From the NCBI GenBank assembly GCA_038087875.1, contig JAXLNO010000687.1:1-64000 (forward strand): 64,000 nt of DNA. The letters are read 5' to 3'. The stretch comes from Malacoraja senta (taxonomy: Eukaryota). The notes beneath the pieces are model-generated. The model was given only the letters and a program-made list of their open reading frames with translations, had not been told where the DNA came from and did not search any database. This document shows positions 37,241-50,622 of the stretch, in pieces. How positions within the stretch are numbered: the stretch's first letter is position 1; each line of letters starts with the position of its first letter. The position numbers and the translations under genes are program-made.

Positions 37241-39090
37241 AGGAAGCATTTAACATTGAAATTGCAATTTTTTTAAATGGTAAAATAAAAACAGAAATAC
37301 TCGGCTTTAGCAGTTGAGAGAAAAAACGTTGTTTAGTGCTGAAATGACACAGATTAAAGGAACAGATAATCTAGTTATGCTGTTTGTGGGTTTGGGACCA
37401 GTGAAAATGAGTTGAATTATTTCATATATCGTAACAGTTATGACAAATATTTTTGACCTGAAACATTGACTCTGTTTCTCTTCCCATAGATGCAGCCCAT
37501 CTTACTGAGCATTTCCATCATTTCTGTTTTTATACCAGCGTATGCAGATTTTTTTATTTTTCAGCTGGTATGCTTAATGAAATAATGCATTTTAAAAAGT
37601 TAGAACCAACCCAACTTGTGAACGTTGCAATGATCTGCTTTACAGCAGCATCTAGTTGCAAATAACACTGTTAATGTTAAAAGTTGCAGCCTTCAACCAC
37701 AATATTCACAAATTGAGCTGTGGTCAGCCTTTAGAGATGGGTTATTTACATCATTAAAGATGGGTTAAGGAGGTATGTGTGATGTGGCAGTACTCGAAGG
37801 AAGGTTTTGGAAATAATCCTCTTACCCCTGGTGCAATTCCTAAGGCAAACCTTGATCTGGAGGCCTTGTTTCCATGGCGCTCCTGTGGAGCGGAGCCGGC
37901 TGTGAGGGCTGACAAGACCTTGAGGCATGGCTTGATGTTTCACTCCTGGATTCCCCGAGGCAACTTATGCCATGTCATTCTGTTTCTTAATGACCTAGTT
38001 GATCGTTGGTCCACCAGCCAAAACACATGGGAGCGATCTACCCTCTGGACTTTGGAATAAAAAGACATCGCTCAGGTTCCCTGCCTCTACTGTCGTTGAG
38101 TTTGTTACCATGGAGGAGTTTTCCAGCGGGGAGCACCACAACTAAATAGAAATGAGGCATCGTACCATCATGTTCATCAGGAGGCGATGGGGTGTTAGGA
38201 GATGGAGCAGGTGCTGCGGACAGGGTGGGATAGAACTAGTGTACAGGTAATGGGTGGTAGGCTGAAGGGCCTGTTTCCACGCTGTATCTCTAAACTAAAC
38301 TATTCTTGGGAATGTGTACCAAGCCCAAATCATTGTAAGCTAATTTAGAAGTATGGAAGATTTCTGGCTACAAGGTGATTTTCTTTGTATTGTTGGGCAG
38401 CACAAAATACTACGCTGCACTTTATTCCAGCTCTTTTAAAATATTTAAGTCTCTGCCTCTGCTTACAGTAAAATAAGGGTTTTTGGAGTTTTAAAAAAAT
38501 TGTTGGAGGAATCAGGCAACATCTGTGGCAGAAAATGGACAGACGCTGTTTCGGGTTGTCTTTGGGTCGGAGTGAAGAGCCTCGAGTGAAGATGCAGGCT
38601 GACCTGCTGAGTGCTTTATACTCAAGGTTCTAGCATCTTCAGTCTCTAGTGTCTAAGAGTATTTAGAGATCTGCATTTGAAGTTTGTGGTAAAGACACTG
38701 GTTAAATCTAAAGTAGTCTTGTTGGATGAGAAGAGGAAATTAACAGTTGCTGGAACTTTGCTTTGATAATCTGGTATGAAGCTACATTGTTCATTCCACA
38801 GAAGGCTGCTGATCATTACATTGCTAATGATTTAGATCTAATTTTACCAAGATAACAAATCTTCAAATAGAAAGCAGATTACTTTGACAAGATACAGATT
38901 GTGTTTTTTATTCAGACTAGCAATGTTTATTAACTAGATCTTAATTAATGCGTTACCACAATGTTATCTCAGCCGTCATGTTTTCCACTAAACTCAGAAT
39001 GTAGGTTAACCACCAGCCTGCTTTTGCTGAAGTATGTTAAGGGATGTTAGTACAGTTACAGACAATAATAAGATTTGATATTAATTCCAG

Positions 39091-39259
39091 ATGCTCCCTT
39101 TCCTCTGCAAATGCCGGATATTGCTGAGAGTGCAAGAAGAGTATTGGAAGAAGAGGTTGCCCCGGAGACCCTGGTGGGTGAACGAGCAGCAAACTATCCA
39201 TCTCCAATAAACCCCACAACCATTAACTTCTCCTTGAAGCACTTGGGCACAGAGATCAG
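39091..39259 (+). CDS. TBC1D2B: TBC1D2B coding exon 3
   Basis: ccag|ATGCT...ATCAG|gtgagg; 169 nt, phase 1 to 2. AESARRVLEEEVAPETLVGERAANYPSPINPTTINFSLKHLGTEI matches recalled human AEKARNVLAVETVPGELVGEQAANQPAPGHPNSINFYSLKQWGNEL. Confidence 0.93.
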
Positions 39260-40587
39260 GTGAGGCAACCTTACCCAAGTCATAAAGACACAAAAACCTG
39301 GAGTAACTCAGCGGGACAGGCAGTATCTCTGGAGAGAAGGAATGGGTGATGTTTCAGGTCGAATCCCTTCTTCATACTGATATAAAGAAAGGGGTATGAT
39401 TGTGAATGCTCACCAGCTGCCAAATAACCAGAAGGCATACATTTGAAAATCAATAAAATTCTGCAAAAAATTCAAATAATTAAATTTATTCTCAGTACAA
39501 TTAATCATACAGTGAAATCCCAAGGATTTTGGAAACCGCCAGTCTTTTGAAGCTTGTAAGATATCTTAGATTGAAATATGTGAAGTCCCTTGTATGCATA
39601 AAGAGTTTAGAAAATAATTTGGCATCAAAAACTAATTGAAATCAGATTCAGACAGTGTACTTCCTTGCAGCCTTTAAAATGGTTCAAGGACGCTATTTAA
39701 TGCCTTCCCAAACTAAAAAAAAATGATCTAAAGGCATGGTGATGAAAAGCTGTTTTCCATCATGAAAGCACAGTGGATTAACTATTGCAGCACCACTTGC
39801 TTTGAAGTTGATAAGCCAAGCTTGTTATGTCTGAAGTCTGAAGTCTGAAGAAGGATCTCGACCCGAAACGTCACTTATTCCTTTTCTCCAGAGATGCTGT
39901 CTGACCGGCTGAGTTACTCCAGCTTTTGGTGTCTATCTTCTTGTTATGATATGTGCCCACCAACCACTGCCAATATCAAAATATCATTAATATTTTGTTG
40001 GAAATCTTTCCATTGAAATCTAGTTCTGTGAACAAACTTCTAAAAACAACTTTCATTTGTATCATGCTGTTTAGTTGCTCCAAATTACTTCACAGCTAAC
40101 AAATTACTGTTGCGTAAATGAGTGCAGGTTTAGTTTTAGGGCAGTCCAATGTTCACAATGGGGCTGAGGTGAATTAGACAGCAACCTAGCTAATGGAAGG
40201 ACCGTTCAGAAGCCTGATAGCAGAGGGGAAGAAGCTGTTCTTGAGTATGGAGGTGTGCTTTTGCAAACTTTTATATCTTCTGTCCAACGGGAGCAGGTAG
40301 AAGGAATGGGACAAATCTTTGATTATGTTGGCTGATTTTCCGAGGCAGTGTGAAGTGTAGATGGAGTCAATGGTGGGAAGTCTGGTCTGTATGATGGAAT
40401 GGGTGGGCTACATCTACAACTTTTTGTGATTTCTTGCAGCAGCATTTCACAGAGGAAAGTCCCATGAAATGCATTTGAAATGAACAATATGTTAATCTGT
40501 TGATATCAGTCAGTTTGGCCAAGGAATAAATCTGTCTAGGACACCAGGAGGATATTCTTCTTTCTGGAAAAAGTGAGCGGAGGGCTT

Positions 40588-40905
40588 GGGGTAGCATAGT
40601 GGCGCAATGGTCGAGTTGCTGACTTGTAGCGCCAAAAACCCGGGTTCAATCCTGACTATGGGTGCTGTCTGTGTGGAGTTTGTACGTTCTCTCTGTGACC
40701 GCGTGTGTTTCCTCTGGTTGCTTTGGTTTCCTCCCACACTCCAAAGATTGGTCAGGTGTGTAGGTTAATTGGCTTCGGTAAGTTGTAAAATTGTCCCTAG
40801 TGTGTGGGACAATGTTAGTGTAAGGGTTAATTGCTGGTCAGCGTGGACTCAGCAGGCCAAGGGGCCTGTTTCTGTGCTGCTTCTCTAAAGCCTAAAGTCT
40901 TAAAG
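40588..40905 (+). mobile_element. V-SINE (HE1-like)
   Basis: A and B boxes, V-domain, tail ending (CTAAAG)n. Confidence 0.88.
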
Positions 40906-41170
40906 TTCACATGCCTGAGGATGGAGATTTTGGCATTTTATTTGAAATGTACCTGTAAAGATTTAGTGTTGCAGTAAAAGGGCTCTAATTTCACACATTC
41001 CATTGCTTTGTCATTTTGTATCTCTCAGAGAAAAGAGAATCCTTAAATGCAGACAATGTTGGAAGTACTCAGCAGGCCAGGCAGCATCTGTGGAAGGAGA
41101 AACCACGTGTTTCAGATCAAAGACCTTTCATAAGAATGTGTAACACACGATTTTCATTCTAAAACAGTAA

Positions 41171-41379
41171 AGGACCTATCCCACTTATGCGATTTTTTTC
41201 GGCGACATGTGTATATGTCATTCAGGTGACGCCTGTATGGTCATGAGTATTTGCCCAAAGAGTTACCTTTTTCTGGTCGCCGCTGGATTTTGAACATGTT
41301 GAAAATTTTCGGCAACCTGCTGCGACTATGACGGGTGCCGGCAAGTCGCCAAAAAAATCGCGTAAGTGGGACAGGCCCT
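41171..41379. mobile_element. Harbinger/PIF-type MITE, 209 bp
   Basis: TIR AGGACCTATCCCACTT...AAGTGGGACAGGCCCT with TAA/TAA flanks. Confidence 0.78.
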
Positions 41380-41690
41380 TAACTCTTTAGCTCATTCCTT
41401 AAAAAGTTTGATTTTCCTGAAAATGAACCACTAGGCAAGCAATTGATCACCTGCTCAGTAAAATTAAATGTTTTGCCTTGTGAAACATATTGAAGCATTT
41501 TCATGGCACTATATATCTGGAGGTTACGTTTAGTTTAGTTTATTGTCACGTGTACCGAGGTACAGTGAAAAGCTGTTCTGTTGCATGCTAACCAGAAACA
41601 GAAAGCTTTTCACTGTTGTATGTTGGGCATAATTCCTGTACCAGGCTGGGTAATTTGGGTCATACTCCTGCAATTCTGAATCCATTGCAG

Positions 41691-41854
41691 AAACTCAATG
41701 TCAAATCTGAAACCAGGAAAAGGAAACAACGAAAATCGGAAAAGTATGTTCTACACAGACGATTGGGTGCTGCTGGATCCAACCCTGAAAGAGTTGGAAG
41801 AGGCTGCAGGGCACGACGAAAAGAGGAAAAAAGAGCCTGCTGAATCAAGTAGAG
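41691..41854 (+). CDS. TBC1D2B: TBC1D2B coding exon 4
   Basis: gcag|AAACT...AGAG|gtttgt; 164 nt, phase 2 to 1. NSMSNLKPGKGNNENRKSMFYTDDWVLLDPTLKELEE matches recalled human NSMSSFRPGRGHNDSRRTVFYTNEEWELLDPTPKDLEE. Confidence 0.93.
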
Positions 41855-41974
41855 GTTTGTCATTTGAAATCAAATTCATTAAAAAATAAAGGATTATTGC
41901 ACAACTGATATATACTTTTAAAAGTATAGATGGTTTTCTTATAATGTGTGTTTCCTAAATGCAAATTGGATCAA

Positions 41975-42405
41975 GTCAAAAGGCTTTTGGCACTTTGGCC
42001 TTCATCAGTCAGAGTATTAAGTATAGAAGTTGGGAGGTCATGTTGCAGTTGTATAAGACGTTGGTGAGACTGCATTTTGAATATTGTGTTCCGTTCTGGG
42101 CACCATGTTATAGGAAAGATATTGTCAAGCTTGAAAGCGTTCAGAAAAGATTTATGAGGATGTTGCCAGGACTAGAGGGTGTGAGCTTTAAGGAGAGGTT
42201 GAGTAGGCTGGGTCTCTATTCCTTGGAGTGTAGGAGTGGAGTGTAGGAGAATGAAGGGTGATCTTAGAGGTGTACAAAATCATGAAAGGAATAGATTGGG
42301 TAGATGCACAGAGTCTCTTGCCCAGAGTTGGGGAATCTAAGATCAGAGGACATAGATTCAAGGTGAAGAGGAAAAGATTTAATAGGAATCTGAGGGGTAA
42401 CTTTT
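41975..42405 (+). mobile_element. CR1 RT C-terminal fragment
   Basis: KAFGTLAFISQSIKYRSWEVMLQLYKTLVR... (ORFs 41959 and 42258). Confidence 0.88.
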
Positions 42406-42989
42406 TGTTGCCAGGACTACAGGGACTTGTTGGCATAACTCCTTTCCCTCTCAACTATCCCACTGCTTTAGATAGACACAAAATACTGAGCCTCCAGAGA
42501 TGCTGCCTGTCGAGCAATTTGTGTCTATTTTCGTGTGTAAACCTGCATCTGCAGTTCCTTCCTACATATCCCACTTAGGTAAAATGATAAATACTTCAGC
42601 TGTTACAAAGCCTGTTTCTATGCCAGGAGTTTCCACCTCCCTTTTGTGAGAAAAATGTCCTGCTGAACAAGTGACATTGAGGTGATATTTCTGAGTATTC
42701 GGAGTAATTTAAATATTGGCTTTATTAAATAATATCAAACTCATTTTCTTTCATCTGTCAAGGAAATGACGAACAGATGTAATTATAAAGAGACATCTGC
42801 AATATATCTCAAGCTCAGCTTTAGCTTACTTTCTATCTGGATTCAGTAGCTGTTCAAATCAAAACTATGTAATGTATTGCATTGTTAATGCAAATATAAT
42901 TACAAATTGGAAAGAATAGTGAAATGTATTACATAAAATATCAAGGGAATTTGTGGCATGACAATTTCAGAATTTGCATTCAACATGGA

Positions 42990-43990
42990 TCAGGCTCTTC
43001 AGCCCACAATGTCTGTGTCCAACATGATGTCTCCTGATCCCCATCCCTACATCCCTTGCATAACCATGTGCATATCTAACAGCCTCTTAAACACCACTAT
43101 CATGTATGTCTCCGCCACCATTCCAGGCAACAGGTTTCAAACACCTACTTTTGTTTTATTAAAAGAAAACTTGTAAAGCACATCCACTTTAAATTTTGGC
43201 TTTCTCGCTTAAAGTTATGTTCTCTCGTCTTTGACATTTTCACCCTGGGAAAGAGATTCTGACTGTCTACCCTATCTATGCCTCTCATTTTATATAGACA
43301 ATAGACAAAAGGTGCAGGAGTAGGCCATTCGGCCCTTCATGCCAGCACCGCCATTCACTGTGATCATGGCTAATCATCCACAATCAGTACCCCGTTCCTG
43401 CCTTCTCCCCATATCCCTTGACTCCGCTATCTTTAAGAGCTCTAACTAACTCTCTCTTGAAAGCATCCAGAGAATGGCCTCCACTGCCTTCTGAGGCAGA
43501 GAATTCCACAGATTCACAACTCTCTGGGTGAAAAAGTTTTTCCTCATCTCCGTTCTAAATGGCCTACCCCTTATTCTTAAACTGTGGGAACATGTTTCCT
43601 GCCTCTAGCGTGTCCAATCCCTTAATAATCTTATGTTTCAATAAGATCCCCTCTTATCCTTTTAAATTACAGTGTATACAAGCCCAGTCGCTCCATTCTA
43701 TCAACATATGACAGTCCCGCCATCTCAGGTTAACTTCTCAGGTCCCTAGATGCTCCAGCCTCTGATGCTCCAAGGAAAACCATCTGAGTTTGTTTATCCT
43801 TTCCATAGCAAACACCTTCTAAACCAGGTAGCATGTTGGTAAACCTCTTCTGCACCCTCTCCAAAGCTTCTGCATCCTTTCTATAATGGGGAGAATAACC
43901 CAGAACTGCACACAATATTCTCCAAATACAGTCGCAAAGTCCTATAAAGCTACAAAATGACTTCCTGACTGTTGTACTCCAATGCCTCAA
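42990..43990 (-). mobile_element. Old CR1 3' fragment with a younger CR1 3' fragment nested at about 43295-43725
   Basis: SPHYRKDAEALERVQKRFT in the outer copy. The inner copy has its own (TCTATTG)-like tail and matches 18595-19070. Confidence 0.8.
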
Positions 43991-45316
43991 TTGTTGAACA
44001 AATTAATTAACCGATATAGAGACTAGCATTCTCAATTTATCTTGAGTTTCAAAAGTGGCAAATCACATAGTTGATCATCAGGAGGAATTTATTTAATCAT
44101 GAATTTAATATCAAAGTAAATCAAAACGTCGTTTTTTAGTGTATCAGTTTGCCTTTTTTTCTTACACCAAGATTTAATGAAAGTGTTAACCTAAAACATA
44201 GCAAAAGTATGCACTGATTGGCATGGGCAAGCCTGGGATCACTGACTCCCGCTGTGCTCCTTCAGCAGTGTGCACAGTCTAGCCTGCAGGAGTTAGTTGT
44301 ACGATGCATTTCCCTCAAGCTTCAATGGATTAATTTTATACTTTGGCACACGTTGCCACATCCAGCACTACTTTTCACGTGCCCTCCAGCTGTTTAATTT
44401 AAGTTCCCTTGTAGAGGCTTTCAAGATGTTATGTTTTCTCAGAGAGGAACAAAATTTGACAGGTAGTTCAATAGCAGAGCTTGGATATCAAAGGGCTGGC
44501 TAAAGATCTATCTCTCACAGGTGCACTGGAGCTGGAAAAAAATAGAGAAAGTTGATTCCAGCCATAATTTAGGAGAGAGTTAGGAAAGCACATCATGATA
44601 AGAACCTGGAGAAACTCAGCGGGTGAGGCAGCATCTATGGAGCAAAGGAATAGGTGACGTTTCGGGTCAAGAAGGATCTCGATCCGAAACGTCACCTATT
44701 CCTTCGCTCCATAGATACTGCCTATAGTTTCTCCAGCATTTTTGTCTACCTTCGATTTTTCCAGCATCTGCAGTTCTTTCTTAAACATGAAAAGAACCTA
44801 CAAGGTTATGGGCACTACTCCATTGGATGTGGATATGACTGGTTTTCCAAAAAGGTTACACAGACATGACTAACTAAATGGCCTTTTGAATGCAAATTTC
44901 AATTAATTGACGCATGTGCAACAAAATATCCTTGTACTTTGTTGCATCCTACAAATTATATAGTGAATTGCAAGTGGAATTCTAATTTTGCTGACTGTTA
45001 TATAGCTGCATTTATTTAACAATAGTGTCAGTTAAATCAATTTGCCAGTTCAGATGGAACTTGAATGAAGGTTTGAGGCAAGTGACAACAATTAAGAATC
45101 CACGAGGGAACTCGTGGAGTTTAAGGAAAATAAAGTGAAACTGTACATTTTATTAAATTATTTCTGTGTTTTCAACACCAAAACTGTTTTAGGAAAGTAA
45201 TCTAAAAGTAAAAAATTGGTAAACATATTAAACATACTTTTGTGCAATTAAACCCTTATTAAGTTTAAGTGGCAGTCGTTTCAGTAACATTTGGGATACA
45301 TTTGTATTTACTGTAG

Positions 45317-45534
45317 GATCAGCATTTGCTTTTGATTTTGTAAAAGCATCACAAAGAGCTAAACGGCCTTTCTTGAGGGATATGATCGGAGCAACAAAGT
45401 CACGAAATAGCGGCGAGTCATCTCCTGTAGAGTGTGTCATTACTAATGGAAAGCCTTCAACAGAGATTCAGTTGAGAATTCAAGCTCAACAAGAGGAATT
45501 GAACAAAGTGAAAGAAGACTTGAGCAGTCAAAAG
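45317..45534 (+). CDS. TBC1D2B: TBC1D2B coding exon 5
   Basis: gtag|GATCA...AAG|gtaagg; 218 nt, phase 1 to 0. GSAFAFDFVKASQRAKRPFLRDMIG...KPSTEIQLRIQAQQEELNKVKEDLSSQK. Not in the ORF track. Confidence 0.93.
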
Positions 45535-46539
45535 GTAAGGTCATAAAGAAGAATGGTCCCCAACTCGAAACGTCACCTATCCATGTTCTCCACAGATGCT
45601 GCCTGACCCACTGAGCTATTCCTGGACTGCATGTGTTTTTTGTGTAAACTAGCATCTGCAGTTTCTTGTGTCTACGTCTTAAGGAAGATGCAGTTTATTG
45701 GTGTTAGGGTTGTAAAGTTGTACAACAGGCTCTTAGGTTCAACTTATCCAAGCCAACTAGGTAGCAAGGTTACTAAAGATAGACACACAATGCTACTGTA
45801 ACTCAGTGGGTCAGGCAGCATCTCTGGAGAAAAGGTATAGGTGATGTTTTTGGTCGAGACCTTTCTTCAGACTGAAGTACACATTTACTTCTGCTTCTTG
45901 ATGTGTTTGCAAACGGATAATCAGCCGGATAATAATTATCCCTCAGCCAACATATTATCTGTCATTCTTTCATTCTGTTTGTAGGAGCTTGATATAAAGA
46001 AATTAGCTCCTGTATTCCTTCCCTCTGTTATCAGAGACTACATTTTCAAAGTCATTGACTCTAAATAACTTTGAGGCATCCTGATGTAACAAACGAAATT
46101 GCACAATTAGTCAATGTGCGAATAAACGTTACAGGATCAAATACAACTGGCACTCCAAATGTTCAGTTGGACCCGTGTGTACTTGTGGAGCAGAATCATG
46201 GGTTTTCAGACTACAGTAAGCTCAACGGCAGGTGTATGCAGGAAGGATATCTTGTAGCAAGGAGTGATTGAGGGGAGCTGTGTAAGAGAGAACCCCAGGT
46301 GAGTAGTGTGGTGAAATACTTCATTTGACAAGAGAGGCTTATACTTCTCCTTTTGCCTAAGTACAGCATCATGGGTCTCATCCAGCACTGTAGTGTAGTT
46401 ATGTGTAGATATTCATTGCACTCGTGCAGTTAGTCTGTTTGCATGGACTAGTTATATATTGAAGAGATATACTATGGGTCACTAGATTACCAGGGAGAGA
46501 GGAGCAAATCTGCAGGGAAACTACAAAAATGTCTATAAC

Positions 46540-47135
46540 AACCGATACCTCTACTTCCTTAGAAGGCTTAGGAAGTTCGGCATGTTCCCAATAAATCTCA
46601 CCAACTTCTACAGATGTGCCATAGAAAGCATTTTATCAGGATACATCACAGCTTGGTTTGGGAACGGCTCCATCCGAGACCGCAAGAAATTGTAGCAAAT
46701 TCTGGACGCCGCCCTGACCATCACAGAAACCAAGCTCCCTCCCATTGACTCCATTTATACTTCACGCTGCCTCGGCAAGGCCAGCAGCATAATCAAGGAC
46801 GAGTCGCACCCAGGCCACTCCCTCTTCTCCCCTCTCCCATCAGGCAAACGGTATAAAAGTGTGAAAACACACACCTCCAGATTCAGGAATAGTTTATTCC
46901 CAGCTGTTATCAGGCAACTGAATCTTCCTTCCACAACCAGAGTGGTCCTGAACCACTATCTACCTCAATGGTGACTCTCAGGCTATCTTTGATTGGATCT
47001 TACTGGCTTTACCTTGCACTAAACTGTATTCCCTTATGTATGTATACACTGTAAATGGCTCCATTGTAATCATGTTTTATCTTTCCACTGACTGGTTAGC
47101 ACGCAACAAATGTTTTTCAATAAACTAAACTGAAC
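46540..47135 (+). mobile_element. Rex1-like LINE 3' end
   Basis: LYFLRRLRKFGM...NFYRCAIESILSGYITAWFG...HPGHSLFSPLPSGKRY...RFRNSLFP, with an (AAACT)n tail. Confidence 0.85.
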
Positions 47136-47674
47136 TGTTAAGTGATGGTGTTGAGTGAATTAAATTGCTATAATATTGTTTGAGTAAAGGTGAAAGAAGT
47201 GAGATGTTTTCTGTAACGTGTAAGCAGGATTTCCTTGATCAGAATGTTTTGGACCAAGTGATTGCTGGATCTGATCCAGTTCTGAGGAATGAGATGAGCA
47301 AAGTGCCACAAGTCAAAGAGCTGTGTCAACGGGAGAACATGTGGGAAGAATGATCATAACGTGATAAGCATTGGTGATCTGTAAATGTCAGATATTCTGG
47401 TATGCGCTAGTTTGTTCCCAATAGAGGGAATGGTAAGACACCCGAAGTTGGAGCTCTGGATGATTTAAAAATGGCGAGAATGATGAAAGAAAACGTGGGT
47501 TAAGTAACTAACTCCAGTGAGAGCCACACTGAATATAGTGAGATGAGGGGGCAGTGTAAAGGAAAATGAGCAAAGAGAAAGTATGAGATGAGATTGAGAA
47601 GGCTTGTGGCATGGTGTAGTTGGACCTTTTAAGGAGAAAGAATGTGTTGTAAACATTGAGGCAAAAGACATATG

Positions 47675-48115
47675 TAAGTAAGTAAGTTTATTGGCCAAGT
47701 ATTCACATACAAGGAATTTGCCTTGGTGCTCCGCCCACAAGTAACAACATGACATACAGTGACAGTTACGAATGATTCAGAAAACATTAAACATTAATAA
47801 TAATAAAACATTAATGATAAAACACCATTGATCAAGAGTGTGAACCAACAAAATACCAGATCAAAGGGAGGCTACAGTTTTTTGGCTGTTGAGTAGAGCA
47901 ACTACTCGTGGATAAAAACGTTTTTTATGTCTGGCTGTGGCTGCTTTGACATTCCGGAGTAGCCTTCCAGAGGGAAGTGATTCAAAGAGTTTGTGGCCAG
48001 GGTGAGAGGGGTCAGAGATGATCTTGCCCACTCGCTTCCTGGCCCTTGCAGTCTACAGTTCATCAATGGAGGGAAGGTTGCAGCCAATAATGGAATAGGG
48101 AAGGTTGCAGCCAAT
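47675..48115 (-). mobile_element. Rex1-like LINE 3' end
   Basis: Reverse complement encodes DPSHPGHKLFESLPSGRLL...HKKRFYP; AATAAA(CTTA)n tail. Confidence 0.75.
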
Positions 48116-48955
48116 ATGGAATACAAAATTAGTAATTTGTTGCCATGTTAGCACAAATAGAGTCAACTGTGGTCTCCCGGTTGTTTGACCTGGGAGTGGG
48201 GATGGATTTTAGAACTGGCTTCAGGTACAGGCTATATAACCCCTTTCAATATTTAAGCCATAAACTGCATCTCCAGAAATGTTACAGTCTGCCAGTGTGA
48301 AAAGGTGGAAAATATCAGTCTCTTTCTATGGGTTAAAATTAATCAAAAATGTATAAAGTATTGCCAATTAATCGAGCAGTATTTGATTTAGAAATTATAT
48401 CTTTGTGATAGCCTTTACTAAATTTTCTGCATGAGAACGTTCCAGTTGTATTTATTTCATTTTAATTGCAAGTAATTCTGGGCATTTTGTATGTCATTTC
48501 TTGAAATTACAGACTCCTTGTCTTGCATTTCATGTCAAAATCACATGGCTTCTGATGAGTAGGGTCTGAATATATTTCAAATTGCACAAGAGAACATATG
48601 GATTCAGATAAAAATGAACCTTAATGCTCATTATTAAAAGTTAAAATTGGAACTTGGAATGATGGTAACGATGGCCACTTCAGTTTGTACTGAAGAAGAA
48701 ACTGCAGATGCTGGAAAATCGAAGGTAGACAAAAGTGCTGGAGAAACTCAGCGGGTGCAGCAGCATCTTTGGAGCGAAGGAAATAGGCAACGTTTCGGGA
48801 CGAAACGTTGCCTATTTCCTTCGCCCCATAGATGCTGCTGCACCCGCTGAGTTTCTCCAGCACTTTTGTCTAACTTCAATTTGTACAATGTCTCAGCTCC
48901 ATGTTGGCTGATCAGTAACGATTCTTAACTCTGGAGATGTGTAGAAATTGCTATA

Positions 48956-50147
48956 CAGTAAACCCTCGCAGTAAACGGACCACACATGGGGAATGGTGCG
49001 TGTTATTGCCGGATGTCCGCAATAACCGGAATAATGAGGTTAATATGTACAGGACTATTCGAAAAACGGCCAATAAACACACACTACACAATAAACAGTA
49101 AAGCACAAAATCCACAATACCATGGGACAGCACAGTGGTGCAGCAATAGAGTTGCGAGCTTACAGCGCCAGAAACCCGAGTTTGATCCTGACCTCGGGTG
49201 CGTACGGTATGGAATTTGCACGTTCTCCCTGTGACCGCGTGCCTTTTTTCCTGGGTGCTCCGGTTTCCTCCCACATTTCATAGACGTGCAGGTGTGAATT
49301 TAATTGACTTCTGTGAATTGTGTTAATTCTGTGAATCACTGGTAGAGCCACTGCCTCACAGACGTGGATTCGATCCTGAGTTCGGCTGCTCCCTGGACCA
49401 TGTGGGTTTCCTCCAGGTGCTCTGGTACACTAGTTCTATCATACACACTATTGACTGTTCACAGTGTGTATCATAGAACTACTGCGGTGGTTCTATCTGT
49501 CCTCTCATATTGCATTTGCAACTGGGGAGGAAAGGTAGAAGCTCACAGTAGTTCTATCCTACACACACTGAATTGTCCGTAATGTGTAGGATAGAATTAG
49601 TGTACGAGTGATCGTTGCTCGGTGTTTCCACATTGTATTTCTAAACTAAGCTGAAATGGTTCAAAAACACTATTCAAATGTGTAATTCAGCAAAGTATTC
49701 AAAATGCTTTTTATTGGTACAGTAGTAAGGACAGTAGAAGAAGCAGAGCAACATCAATGTACAGCATCTGTATCTCTAAAACTAAACTAAAATAAGATTT
49801 GAAGATAGACAAAAAAAGCTGGAGTAACTCAGCATTTCTGGAGAAAAGGAGTAGGTGACGTTTCAGGTCAAGATCCTTCTTCAAACATGGAGGCTCAAGG
49901 AGCCTCGACTCAAAACGTCTCCTATTCCTTCTCTCCAGAGATGCTGTCTGACCTGCTGAGTTACTCCAAATGTTTGTGTCTATCTTCAGTCTAAACTAGC
50001 ATCTGCAGTTCCTTCCTACACATATAAAGTAAGATTTGCTCCATCCACCTAGTGGTCATTCTGTGAAACAACAAGTAACAACAACAGATTTGGTCTGCTA
50101 TAACCAAAATCTGTTATAAAGAGGTCCGTTAAAATGAGGGTTTACTG
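48956..50147. mobile_element. pogo/Tigger-type (Tc1-mariner) MITE expanded by nested SINE and hammerhead mini-element insertions
   Basis: TA|CAGTAAACCCTCGCAGTAAACGGACC...GGTCCGTTAAAATGAGGGTTTACTG|TA. V-SINE at about 49123-49635 and mini-element pair at about 49800-50022 lie inside. Confidence 0.78.
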
Positions 50148-50238
50148 TATTTATTTATTAATGTTGCATAAAATAGAAGCATGGACTTTAAGAACAAAGG
50201 TGCAGGTCATACAATAAATTTGTCTTGTTTGTTTGCAG

Positions 50239-50622
50239 GAGCTTGTCCGCCTGTTACAGCAGTCATTGAAATGTTCCCAACAGGAAAAGTACTCGCTGAA
50301 TACTGCTTGTGGATCTGTGGATCACAGCACGGCGCAGCGTCTGAATCAGAAAGACCAACAAATACAGGCCCTGAACAAGCAGCTGGACCACGTTAACCAG
50401 CAGAAAGATCACATGGAGCAAGAAGTGAAAGCATTTCAAGATAAACTTACTGGAACGAGGGACCAGCTTAACATGTTCAGAGAAACCATCCAAGCCAAAG
50501 ATGAAGTGATTGTGAAGTTATCGCGGCAGCTCAATGAATGCGAAAACAATCTCTCGCCCCAAGGAGTGTCGCCATGTGGACCCTCAGTGAACAAGGAACT
50601 GCAGGAGTTGAACAGGCTGAAG
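50239..50622 (+). CDS. TBC1D2B: TBC1D2B coding exon 6 (coiled coil)
   Basis: gcag|GAG...AAG|gtattg; 384 nt, phase 0 to 0. ELVRLLQQSL...QKDQQI...ETIQAKDEVIVKLS...ELNRLK. Confidence 0.95.

Noticed and set aside
37760..38130. Possible ancient retroelement coding remnant
   Set aside because: No diagnostic motif could be read in any frame.
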